64,000 nucleotides of DNA, taken from positions 960,001 through 1,024,000 of the forward strand of contig CAVTET010000001.1 in assembly GCA_963733675.1 (NCBI GenBank). Reading direction: 5' to 3'. This DNA is from an uncultured Methanosarcinaceae archaeon (GTDB lineage Archaea; Halobacteriota; Methanosarcinia; Methanosarcinales; Methanosarcinaceae). Of the stretch, positions 25,689 to 36,579 are shown piece after piece. Positions within the stretch are counted from its first letter, which is position 1. Every line of letters begins with the position of its first letter. A program made the translations under genes and the position numbers. The notes under the pieces are model-generated. The model was not told the DNA's origin and did no database searches. It saw only the letters and a program-made list of their open reading frames with translations.

Positions 25689-26681
25689 TTAATGTCCTCT
25701 TGTCCTCAAAGATACCTCATAACCCTTTTCTGTTTCTGCATCTCTTAACTCTTTCCCAGTATAATGGACAAAGACATCGTCCATTGACGGTTTTTTGAGA
25801 TTTATGGCTTTTATTGTAATCCCACCAGTTCGAAGCTTATCCAGGATCTCAGGCAGTAAATATGTGCCATCCACATTGATCATAACAACTATTCCTTTCG
25901 TTTTTTCCTTAATCCCTTTTACACTGTTTAGCTGCTTCAGTATTTCTCTAGCCTCCGAGTTGTCGCTAGTTTCCAAGTATATAAGGTCCTCTCCAAGCGC
26001 ATTTTTTAACTCCCATGGCTTGCCTGCGACAATTATCTTCCCATGATCTATAATGCTTATTCTATCGGCGAGCTGGTCAGCTTCATCCATATAATGGGTT
26101 GTTAGGAAAATGGTTGTGCCCTGTTTGTTTATATCCTTTATATACTTCCATATTCGGATCCTTGTCTGAATATCGAGCCCCAGTGTGGGCTCATCCATGA
26201 ATAGCACTCTCGGGTGGGTCATAAGCCCTCTTGCGATCTCAAGCCTGCGTTTCATTCCACCGCTTAGATGCCTTGTTAGAGTATCCCGTTTCTCTTCGAG
26301 CTTAACCAAGTCAAGCAGTTCATCAACTCGTGCATTCCTTGCATTTTTTGGCATGGAATAAAGTTTTCCATGATATTCTAGAATCTCTCTCACAGTCATA
26401 TTCCTGTCGAGGGTTAGCTCCTGAAAAACGATCCCTATAGACTCCCTTACTTTTTCAGGCTCTGTTTTCAGATCATACCCTGCAATACTTACGCTTCCTT
26501 TCTGAATAGGCAAAAGGGTAGTAAGGACATTGATCACAGTACTTTTCCCCGCTCCATTTGGCCCAAGAAAAGAAAAGATTTCCCCTTTCCTAACTGTAAA
26601 ATTGATATTATCGACAGCCTTTACCTCACCGAAAAAATACTCAAGGCCATTTACATCTATGATATTATCTTCCATAAACAA
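25689..26681 (-). CDS. ABC exporter ATP-binding subunit (DrrA-like)
   Basis: GPNGAGKS, LSGGMKRRLEIA, MDEPTLGLD, LTTHYMDEA. Confidence 0.9.
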   Translation of the reverse strand: MFMEDNIIDVNGLEYFFGEVKAVDNINFTVRKGEIFSFLGPNGAGKSTVINVLTTLLPIQKGSVSIAGYDLKTEPEKVRESIGIVFQELTLDRNMTVREILEYHGKLYSMPKNARNARVDELLDLVKLEEKRDTLTRHLSGGMKRRLEIARGLMTHPRVLFMDEPTLGLDIQTRIRIWKYIKDINKQGTTIFLTTHYMDEADQLADRISIIDHGKIIVAGKPWELKNALGEDLIYLETSDNSEAREILKQLNSVKGIKEKTKGIVVMINVDGTYLLPEILDKLRTGGITIKAINLKKPSMDDVFVHYTGKELRDAETEKGYEVSLRTRGH

Positions 26682-27676
26682 TCCATCATCTGCTTTTTAC
26701 CTAAGGAAAATTCAACCTTCAATAGTTAATAGATCTTTTGTTGTTAGGAAATTTTTGGCAGTTTACCGAATGTTCTGTAAATATGATCGACTTATATCCT
26801 TTTTCGTCATCATTATAAACAGGAGGCCCTCAATCGGTTAGCAGAACTGGTTGGGAGTCCAAAAAATAAGTTTGAACGCATTTGGTTAATTATCTCACGA
26901 ACTACTTAAGCAATTTTCTATTATTAGTAACTTCATGCAAATAAATGTGTATTGGTATTTACATTTTTAGACAAACTGCCACCAAAATAGTTAATCAAGG
27001 ATAACTATTGGCATCAAGTCCATATTATTTGAGTACTCCTCTATAAGTTAAAGTAACTTGTCATATTTTTGGGTCAGCTTTCAGAGCAAAATCAAAAGGT
27101 TATGATGTAGTAATGAAAAGACAGTAAAAGAACATCTAACTTTTTGTTCAAAGCACTTATACTTCATATTTTGTTCTATAATGCATATGAAAATTTAATC
27201 ACTAGTTAACAAATTTATTGGCTAAGTCCCAAAGGAATCTTCGCTTTACCTATATAAGCCATGGTTGATGAAAGTTTCATCATCTTTTAACTTGTCCATG
27301 CATTTGAAAGATATTCGCTTAAGTGAATATCTAGATAACTTATAACCTATCCGAAAAGTCATTAATGGCATGTTGTAAAGGATCCAGACAGGGAGTGGTA
27401 AATACACACAAATTTTATGAGCTCATTAGAAGCACTTGGCTGGATTTAAATTGTCATGCTAATAGTTTAACATTAACCTATTGAGAACCGTATTTTAAGA
27501 GAATTATAAGAATCTATTTTTATAATTTTTATACCATAATATAATTTCAAAATATCAAAGATGAGATTTTTAGATGCCAAGAGTAGTATTCTTGATTCAG
27601 AAAAATTATGTTTTCATTTACCATACTTTTTTAATAGACAAACTTAAATTTAAATTTGAAAGTGTTTTCTTTGTGT

Positions 27677-28444
27677 TTAAGTTAGTTTTTGAAACCCTGC
27701 GGGATTGAATGGTAAAGTGAAATAAAAAGTTGAACCTTTACTCGGTTCAGATTCTACCCATATACGTCCACCCTGTTTTTCTATAATTTTTTTACAAATC
27801 GCAAGCCCCATTCCTGTTCCAGGATATTCTTCCCTTTTATGCAGTCTTTTAAAATATTCAAAGATTCTTTCAAAATGTTGCGGCTCAATTCCAATTCCGT
27901 TATCCTGCACTGAAAATGTCCATTCGTTTGTTTTTTCCTCTGCATAAATATGAATTTTTGGTGACTCTTCATTGTGGAATTTTATTCCATTCATAATTAT
28001 ATTCTGAAATACTTGAATTAACTGGGTAGGATCTACTATTATCTCAGGTAAAGGGCCATGAGATATAGTAGCATTATTTTCTTTTATTATCAATTTTAAA
28101 TTAGATAGTGCCTGATTCAAAATAAAGTTACAATTCGTAGTTTCAGGTTCTCTAGCACATGTAGTCACTCGAGAGAAGTTTAAGAGATCATTTACCATAT
28201 TTTGCATACGGGAAGCCCCTTCTACAGCGAAGTAGATATATTTATCAGCTTTCTCATCGAGATTGCCTTGATATCGCCTTTGTAAAAGCTGCAAATAACT
28301 TGTGATCATCCTCAGGGGTTCTTGCAAATCATGAGATGAAATGTAAGCAAATTGTTCTAATTCTGCATTGGAGAAGGTAAGTTCTTCTAATTTCAATTTT
28401 AAAGTTTCTTCTGCTTTTTTGAGCTCCATCATGTCTGTGACCAC
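27677..28444 (-). pseudogene. 5'-truncated sensor histidine kinase (HisKA + HATPase only)
   Basis: SHDLQEPLR, NGIKF, DNGIG, GTGMGL; begins in a PAC-like tail with no sensor domain. Confidence 0.7.
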
Positions 28445-28566
28445 AATGCACCAGGCATTCGGTGATTCCTTAGACCTAATGAATTAATAGATAGGTTTTC
28501 TACAAAGCCACAACTATATCACTTTATAAGCTTTATTTTAGTTCATCCTTAACCGCATCATTCAAG

Positions 28567-30449
28567 TTACCACTTGAAGAACCTAGCCGCCCAGCTCACT
28601 TTTCTTCTCAGTAAATATTTCCTTAACTCATCTATTCCAAGCAGGAAGACTGCAAAAGGAACTGCAAGCAGCAGATATCTGAGATCAGGGGGAGAGGTAT
28701 TGGAAATGAGATTTGCAAAAGGATTCCAGATAATAAAGGCAAGAATCAGAAGTTCACTTGCAATCCCTAAAAGAATCATGCGGTTGCTGAATAATCCCAT
28801 TGTGAAGACTGACTGGAACCGAGTTCTGGATGCAAAAACGTTGGCTATCTGGCAGATTATTACCGCTGAAAAGAAAGCTGTTATAGCCTGCATATAAAGA
28901 GAATTGTTATTTGCAAGCTGCTCGCCGAAATTCCAACCTCCTTCAAAAAGTACGGCAAAATAACAGAAAAAGCCTGCAAGAGCTTCTATAGGTCCTTTTA
29001 GTCCGTAAGCTGTAAGAAGTACCTGAGGAGTTAATAATTTTTCATCCCTGGCTCTCGGGGGTCTTTTCATAATACCCTCTTCTCCGTTTTCCACCCCCAG
29101 AGCAATCGCAGGCAGCATATCTGTACCAAGATCAATTGCCAGAATAAGCTGTACTGGCATAGGAAGAGGCAGGGCAAAAAGGATGAAAGCTATAAAAGGT
29201 AGAACTTCAGGAATAGTATGAGCAATAATATACACAATGAACTTTTTTATATTATCAAAAACGGTTCTGCCTTCTTCTACAGCATATACGATTGTAGCGA
29301 AGTTATCATCCAGAAGCACCATATCTGCAGCTTCTCGGGCAACATCTGTGCCGCTTCCCATTGCACCCCCATATCTGCATTCTTGATAGCAGGCGCGTCA
29401 TTAACCCCATCTCCTGTCATGGTCACAATCTCTCCTTCAGCCTGGAAAAGCTGTACGATCTTCAATTTTTGTGCAGGAGAAGTACGGGCGAATACAATGC
29501 TTGGGTTTTTCAATCTTGAAGAAAGATCTGTACTTGAGAGTGACTTAAGCTCGTCTCCGGTAATAATTTCAAGGCTTTTGGAATCCGCAAGTCCCACGTT
29601 CTTTGCGATTGCTTCTGCAGTGACCGGGTGATCACCAGTTATCATAACAACCTTTATCCCAGCTGTATGACATTTTGCAATAGCCTCTCTGGCTTCGGGG
29701 CGCGGAGGGTCTACAATCCCGATAAATCCCAGGAAAACAAAGTCTCCTGTATACTCTTTCTGCTCTTCTGCTTGCCTGTATGCAAGGGCAATTACACGTT
29801 CTCCTCTTTCTGCAAGTCTAAGATGCTGGTCAAAGAGTTCCTTTTTCTTTTCTTTGGTCAGTTCCCCCGCCTCTCCTGATTCCATAATTGCCCCACACAT
29901 TTCCACAACCACTTCGGGAGCACCTTTAAGGTATACTTCGAGTTTACCTTCAGGAGTGCGGCAGATAACTTCCATTCTCTTGGTAAAGGAATCAAAAGGA
30001 AACTCTTTCATCCTTTGATAATCACTCTGAAGCTTTCTTATATCCTGGAAACTATTTGCAAAAACAAGAAGTGCTCCTTCGGTAGGATAGCCGGTATATT
30101 CAGTGGGTAATTCGCGAAGTTTTGAGTTATTACATAGCCCTGCGACCCTTATTAAAGCAGGATACACCTTTTCAGGATCCCACATGAGACTTTCTACAAT
30201 ATAAACCCTTTTTGCTCCTGAACTTGTAACTTTTCCTGCAATGCCTTGTTTTGTACTTTCTTCTGCCTCCTGCTCTGCAACCACTTTTTCAAGACCTGAA
30301 GGTATTTTAGGTACGAGACTTTCAAAATCGACGATGAGAGAATTTACTGCCATCCTGTTCTGGGTAAGAGTTCCGGTTTTGTCAGTGCAGATGACAGTAG
30401 TCGAGCCCAGAGTTTCTACGGATTCTAGGTTCTTTATAAGGGCATTCTG
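28567..30449 (-). pseudogene. Cation-transporting P-type ATPase; 5' part deleted and frameshifted
   Basis: DKTGTLT, KGAPE, MITGD, GDGVND; shift near 29362 (ADMGV/AMGSG); 5' end replaced by a MITE. Confidence 0.9.
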
Positions 30450-30603
30450 CGGGTTCTGGTGCAAAAAATCTGGCTTTGTTGCAAAATCAATGAAAAACTT
30501 CACAATTAGGAAATTTAATCAATATCCTCAAGGAAAAAATGATACACAAAGGTAAGAATTATGGTATCAAACTGCAGAAATATTATTTTTGCACCAGAAC
30601 CCG
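30450..30603. mobile_element. 154-bp MITE with perfect 18-bp IS6-like terminal inverted repeats
   Basis: CGGGTTCTGGTGCAAAAA (30450-30467) / TTTTTGCACCAGAACCCG (30586-30603). Confidence 0.8.
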
Positions 30604-30644
30604 TTATCAGCTTTAGGTAATACTTTAGGATCTGACTTTATCAT
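30604..30644 (-). pseudogene. Truncated paralog of the 39-aa micropeptide (MIKSDPKVLPKAD)
   Basis: RBS-like AGGGGG; matches N-terminus and upstream DNA of 34149-34268; cut by the MITE. Confidence 0.6.
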
Positions 30645-30948
30645 ACTATATACCCCCTTATAATTCAATATACATTATGCAGATTTGTTTTTAGTAATTG
30701 TTTTTACAATATAGATATGTTATAACCTATATGTACTAATGTATTCTTATATTTTACTTGTAGAGTCTAAATACTAGATTTAAAAATAAGGTCACAAATA
30801 TTTGGAAATTTTAAGTATGTCCATGATATACCTACACAGCTTAAGCTTATGATGAGTTTAATGTAATGAAGCCTTTAATTATTGTGAGATTTAATCATTA
30901 TAGAGAGATCTATTTGGAAGACTATAATGGAGATTTTTCTGATATTTT

Positions 30949-31090
30949 CTATTTATGATTGTAGTTTAGTTTAATTAGTTCCAAGTGTTCCAGGGGCTCC
31001 ACATGTTCTAGAAGTCCCATAAGCTCCATGAGTAATGTATCAGCAACCTTTTCTTATTATTGATGGCATTTAGGAAATTTATAGACTCTA
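30949..31090. repeat. Dispersed repeat with 9-bp periodic core, copy A
   Basis: Homologous to 43345-43620 and 51495-51835. Confidence 0.8.
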
Positions 31091-31192
31091 TCACAAAAGC
31101 TATACATGTAAATAAGTATAAGATAAGTATAAGAAGAACTAGCTCACTGCGGTACATAAACTCACTCTTCAGCTACCGATATGTTGTGTGTA

Positions 31193-32343
31193 GTGAGCTA
31201 CCCCTATCGGTTAATTAGAAGTAATTGGCAAATAAGGAGTTTCTTGGTTCATTTCTTTCTCTATCAAGAACAAGTCCCCAAGCTCATCCCCCACATTCCG
31301 TAGGCTTCAGACTCTAATTCGATTTTGATCTTGAAGTGAGAATTTTTTAATATTAAGTGCAGCATTGCTATCTCTATCATTTTTGTATTACAATTGGGAC
31401 AGATTAATTCTCTATCCTTTAACGTTAGATTAGAATTGTGATATCCACAAACATTACATATTTTAGATGATGATTCAAACTGTCAAATTTTAAGAATCGT
31501 TTTTCCTAGCCATTCAGCTTTATATGTTAATTTTGTAACAAAACTACTCCATACTGCATCGGAAATTGATTTAGTAGACAATGATTTCGTTGCATTTCTT
31601 TAACAATCAGAGTTTCCAATGATACAGCTTGATTCTCGCTAACAAGTTTATTTGTTGCGATTATTAGAACCTTTAACTTTTTTTGACATTCTCTTCTGTA
31701 AACACTTCAATCGTTGAAGAGCGTTTTGGAGATACTTTGGATTTTTAACTTTTTCTCCAGTAGAAATAACTACACAGTCTGTGAGCCCTACGTCAATTTC
31801 TATTGTAGTTAATTTAGAAAACTTTTGTCTAACTGGAAGTTCTTTTTCTTTATCTATAAGTATACTAATATAGTATTTCCCTATAGGTGACATTGATAAT
31901 GTTGCAGTTTTTAGAATACCTTCAAAACGTCTATGAATAATAGCTTTAACTTCACCAATCTTGGGAAGTTTGATAATTCCTTTCTCAAAATCAACTTTAT
32001 AATTTTGGGGAATGGGAAATGACTGAATTGGATTTTTCTTTGATTTAAATTTTGGGAATCTGGTTTTTTCTCTGAAAAATTTTGTAAATGTAGTTTCTAA
32101 ATTTTGAGTCATTTCTTGGAGAGATTGAGCATTTACTTCATCTAACCAGGGATATTTTTGTTTAAGAGTTGTTAGCTTTTCACAAAGATCAAATTGAGAT
32201 ATTGATTTTCCAATTTGTTGATATGTATTTATCTTTTGTTCCAAAGCCCAATTATAAACGAACCTACATGCACCAAAATGATCTTGAATTAATTTTGCTT
32301 GATCTATTGTGGGGTAGATTCGATATTTATAGGCTATGAACAT
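31193..32343 (-). mobile_element. tnpB: IS200/IS605-family TnpB element (tnpB pseudogene plus right end)
   Basis: AYKYRIYPT..FGACRFVYNWAL, PKFKSKK, IDVG; disrupted 3' part with CNVCG..CPNC..DRDSNAALNI; right end ...GGGGTAGCTCAC. Confidence 0.88.
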
Positions 32344-32399
32344 AGGTATAAAATAAGAATTAAATAAATAAATATTTATTGTAAGTGCGAAATGAAAGT

Positions 32400-32717
32400 A
32401 TTAAAATATTGCCAAGTAAGGTAAACTGGCCTTCTTGAGAAATAGGAATTTGCTGCCATGTGTAGTAAAGTTCAACCCCCAATCGCAGCGCCACCAAATA
32501 TTTGAGCTAAAGTAGTTCGGTCTTGATTTTCTTTTTTGACTTTTTCTGTAGTGTTATTTAGTCTAGATACTTGATAATGTGGAATTGTTACTAATGATAC
32601 TACTGCAAATATGAAAATCAGGCTAATTAATGAGTGTAGTTTTGCTTTTTTATAAAGTTCTTTTGAATCTTTATTCAGATTATAATAAAGTAGACTCAGC
32701 TCTTCTCCCAAATACAT
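32400..32717 (-). pseudogene. N-terminal fragment of membrane-anchored pentapeptide-repeat-family protein
   Basis: TM helix then RTTLAQIFGGAAIG..LYYTW..ISQEGQ (frameshifted), ending near the TnpB element. Confidence 0.55.
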
Positions 32718-32752
32718 AATTGTTTTCCTTCATAACAAAAAATAGAATTTAT

Positions 32753-32806
32753 CGTTTTTACTGATGCAGAAGTTTTCATACAAAAACTGTGCATCAGGGA
32801 AAAACG
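32753..32806. repeat. Palindromic dispersed element (related copies near 35831, 38548, 40715)
   Basis: CGTTTTTACTGATGCA ... TGCATCAGGGAAAAACG. Confidence 0.6.
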
Positions 32807-32922
32807 AAAAAACAGAAGATTTGCCAATAAAAATATTAGCTCTGGAATCTATTTTTGTGATGAAGTAAAATGATACAGAGCTGATATAACATTTCCCATT
32901 TCAATTGGTTGGGGAAAAATCA

Positions 32923-33347
32923 TTATTTATGGGGATATTTGATAGCTAGAGCCTTCACTATACCCAATATCAACAGCAATGTTGATAGGCCTAAAATAAA
33001 TTGAGAATCATATCTTTGAGCATATAATCCGGCCGCAATTTCACGCATGACTATCAAAATTGTCGCATCTGTTACATATGTAATTCTTATCTCTTCATGT
33101 TCACGAAAATCAAGAAAAGTCTTGAAAAGGTCAATAAGAACAAAAACTGTGAGGACACCGGATACTATTTGACCAAAACCACCCCCAAGAGTCCCAAATA
33201 GAATTGATTTGATATTAAGGAGAATATCTAGCACTCCCACAAGTAGCGCTAATAGTAATATATAAAGAATGATAAGAGTAACATATAAAGAATGATAAGA
33301 GTAACTAAATCAATCACTGTTTTGAATATTTTATTCTGATTTAACAT
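32923..33347 (-). pseudogene. PsiE-like (phosphate-starvation-inducible) membrane protein, frameshifted by a 23-bp duplication
   Basis: VLIDLFKTF, ITYVTDATILIVMREI; ATG at 33347; duplication at 33260-33305. Confidence 0.7.
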
Positions 33348-34148
33348 AAATATATTATACTAAGCTATCATTTGAACCCCCCTTCTATAAAAAAAGATGT
33401 TAATTTCTTTAATTCCAAATATGTAGGAATTTCATCAAACTACGTAGAAATTGAGTATACTACTGTTATATATAGTCCTGATTGGTTATAAGCTTATTAT
33501 AAAATCTATTTTGTTCTTGATCATTAAAAGTTTTCAGATAAGTAAAAGACTGCAAAACTTATCTGTCCAGCATAAAAGCTCAGAAACGGAATCATAGTGC
33601 GCTGATTTTTCTATAAAATCAAAATCTCTGAAATTCATTGGGGAGAAAAGTTCACACCGGAAGAACAAAATTTAAACCTTAAACAGAAATCTAACCTTGA
33701 ATTGATAGCAAATTTGCGACAATACCAAAAATTGCAGTGTACTGAAAGTTCTATAAAATTGATATTACTTAATAATCCCTACAGTAATATAATGCCATAG
33801 ATATCTGCATAGCCAGGTTATTCGATAAGTTTCTCGTCGAATTCCTTTTTACAAAAAGGAGAGCAGAAATAGTACGTCTTTCTCTTATATTCACTCTTGA
33901 ATTTTGCTTTCCTTTTATCGACCTGCATTTTGCAAACTGGATCTGTTTCCGTAGATAAAATCGAATTCTTACAATCCATGAAAACTCCCTATTTCACTCT
34001 AATTTTTATAATGAGAGAAAGAATTACACCAGTAAATCCAGTCATTCAGGCACTTTCACGGCTTAAAGACTATAGATGATACATGAGAATCACGCTAGAA
34101 TAGGAAAAATGAGTGGTACCAAAAGAAAAAAAGTAATTAATCTTGTAT

Positions 34149-34268
34149 TTAAACAGCCTTAGTAGAAGAGTCTATTTTTGCAGAGTCTGCTTTTAAGATC
34201 GGTTCAGCTGGCTTTGCTACATTAACTTTATCATCTTTAGGTAATACTTTAGAATCTGACTTAATCAT
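34149..34268 (-). CDS. 39-aa micropeptide MIKSDSKVLPKDDKVNVAKPAEPILKADSAKIDSSTKAV
   Basis: RBS-like GGAGA 8 nt before ATG; paralog at 30644. Confidence 0.6.
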   Translation of the reverse strand: MIKSDSKVLPKDDKVNVAKPAEPILKADSAKIDSSTKAV

Positions 34269-34814
34269 ACTATATATCTCCATGTTCTTCATTATATTTA
34301 ATGTAGACTTATATGTAGTAATTGCCTGTACAATGTAGATTGATTGCAACCTATAAGTATTAATGTATTTTTTAATTTTTTTCTAGAGTTAAGTTACTAA
34401 ATTTAAAAATAGGGTCACAAATATCTGGAAGTTTTAATTGTACCTATGAACTTGTACAACATCTACAGACTGAAGTAAAATCCCGAAATAATTAGGAAAT
34501 AGTTCTGACGTCTAGAAAAATAGTGGTTTCTGCTTAAGTAAGTAAAATATGGAAACTCAAATCGTAAATATACTCCTTTGTTTTAAAATTTTTGGTGAAT
34601 AAACCATTAAACCATATATGTATCATTGATTTTCTTCTAAATATATATAAAGTTGTTCTCAAAGTATTGATGCTTAGCCAACTTATGCTGCGTTTTCGCT
34701 AAATTTTAATATTCTTGATCAAAAATGAATCGATACGATTTTAAAAACTAAATCCTGAAGAGCAGGAGATATCTTACTAGCATAGTAATGTTTATTTTAG
34801 TTTAAAGCCGATAA

Positions 34815-35786
34815 TTGTTCATGGATATTTCAGAGAGAAAAGATCTTCAAGGAGCTAACCTTCAAGGAGCCAACCTTCAAGGAGCTAACCTTCAAAGAGC
34901 TAACCTTCAAGGAGCTAATCTTGAAGAAGCCAACCTTCGAGAAGCTAACCTTGAAGAAGCCAATCTTCGAGGAGCTAATCTTTGTTATGCTAATCTCACA
35001 GATGCTAACCTTCAAGGAGCTAACCTTATAGAAGCCAACATTGAAAAGGCTACACTTCAATTGGCTAAACTTCATTTGGCTAACTTTAAAGATTCTAATC
35101 TTCAAGGAGCTAACCTTCAAGGAGCTGATCTTTATGGAGCTGATCTTCAAGGGGCTAACCTTCAGGGAGCTAATCTTTATGGAGCTGATCTTCAAGAGGC
35201 TAACCTTCAAGGAGCTAACCTTGAAAGGGCTAAACTTGGAGGAGTTAAACTTGAAAGAGCTTACCTTATAGAGGCTAACCTTCAAGGAGCTAACCTTCAA
35301 GGAGCTAAACTTGGTGGAGCTAGGCTTGAAAGGGCTGATCTCCAAGGGGCTAACCTTCAAGGAGCTAATCTTCAAGGATCTGAACTCGGTGGAGCTAAAC
35401 TTGAAAGGGCTTATCTTATAGAGGCTAACCTTCAAGGGACTAACCTTCAAGGAGCTAAACTTGGTGGAGCTAAACTTGAAAGGGCTGATCTTATAGAGGC
35501 CAATCTTGAAGGAGCTTACCTTATAGAGGCCAATTTTCAATGGGCTAATCTTCAAGGGGCTAACCTGAAATGGACTTACCTTATAGGAGCTAACTTTAAA
35601 GAGGCTAACCTTGAAGGAGCTAAATTTGAAGGAGCTAATCTTCAAGGAGCTGACCTTGAAAGAGCTCAGCATCTATCAGTTTACCAGCTTTCAAAAGTGA
35701 AAACACTTTATGCTACAAGATTAGATGAAGAGCTACTCATATCATTAAAAGAAAAGTATCCTGTCCTTTTTGAAAAACCGGAATGA
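34815..35786 (+). CDS. Pentapeptide-repeat protein (possibly lacking its N-terminus)
   Basis: Long run of A(N/D)LxG repeats; C-terminal QLSKVKTLY..LDEEL tail. Confidence 0.9.
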   Translation: MFMDISERKDLQGANLQGANLQGANLQRANLQGANLEEANLREANLEEANLRGANLCYANLTDANLQGANLIEANIEKATLQLAKLHLANFKDSNLQGANLQGADLYGADLQGANLQGANLYGADLQEANLQGANLERAKLGGVKLERAYLIEANLQGANLQGAKLGGARLERADLQGANLQGANLQGSELGGAKLERAYLIEANLQGTNLQGAKLGGAKLERADLIEANLEGAYLIEANFQWANLQGANLKWTYLIGANFKEANLEGAKFEGANLQGADLERAQHLSVYQLSKVKTLYATRLDEELLISLKEKYPVLFEKPE

Positions 35787-36579
35787 ATTTTTTATGATTA
35801 TATAATTATTAATAAATCCAGCTGTCATGAATGCATAGGTTTTGTTACAAAAATTGTGTATTTTCTCAACATCAACTTTCCCTTAAAACTTTTAGTACTA
35901 TTATCCCTAACTCATAAGCTTAAGAATATAGAGAAACGCATCCATATTTAAATTTAAATAAAATCAGCTATTTTTCGGTCTAATGCACCTTTTGGCTTCA
36001 AAGCTAATACTAAATGTTGTCTCATTTGCACGGTTGTAATATAGATTGCCCACTGCTTCAGATGTGGGTGTGCTACCTTATAATCGCAATAAATTGTTTA
36101 TCAAGTGGATTTATTGATTTCACTTATGTCTTTCTAATACTTTTTTTGCATTTACTGGGAGATTGGCCATATGCCTTAGATTCATACTGATGTAGAATCC
36201 CACAGAAAACAAAATATACTATCAAAAAAATGGAGAAAAAAATAGACGCTTTTTATTTAGGTAAACATGTAATTCATAAAAAGCTATTAATATAAACTAA
36301 ATGTTTATTCTCTTAAATTTTCCAATTGTGATAGTTTTAGGACTTGCACAGTTGAATGGAAAGATCGATAGCATTAAACTTTCAACTGTCTTAGTATAAA
36401 TTCAATCAATTTAACAACAATTCATATTAAATATAATATGTATAAAGTCAGTATAATGATTGTAATATATTAATATAATGATTAATCTGAAATATTATGA
36501 AAATTTACTGTGTTGATATTCACATTTTCATTAAAGATTGGCACATTATTATCAAAGAAAAAGAGCCTAGTGAGACAGA

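Noticed and set aside
34845-35660. Periodic DNA resembling a CRISPR array
   Set aside because: 15-bp coding repeats without unique spacers; no cas genes in the window
34830-35672. 280-aa antisense ORF (KVSSL repeats)
   Set aside because: Shadow of the 15-bp pentapeptide repeats on the opposite strand
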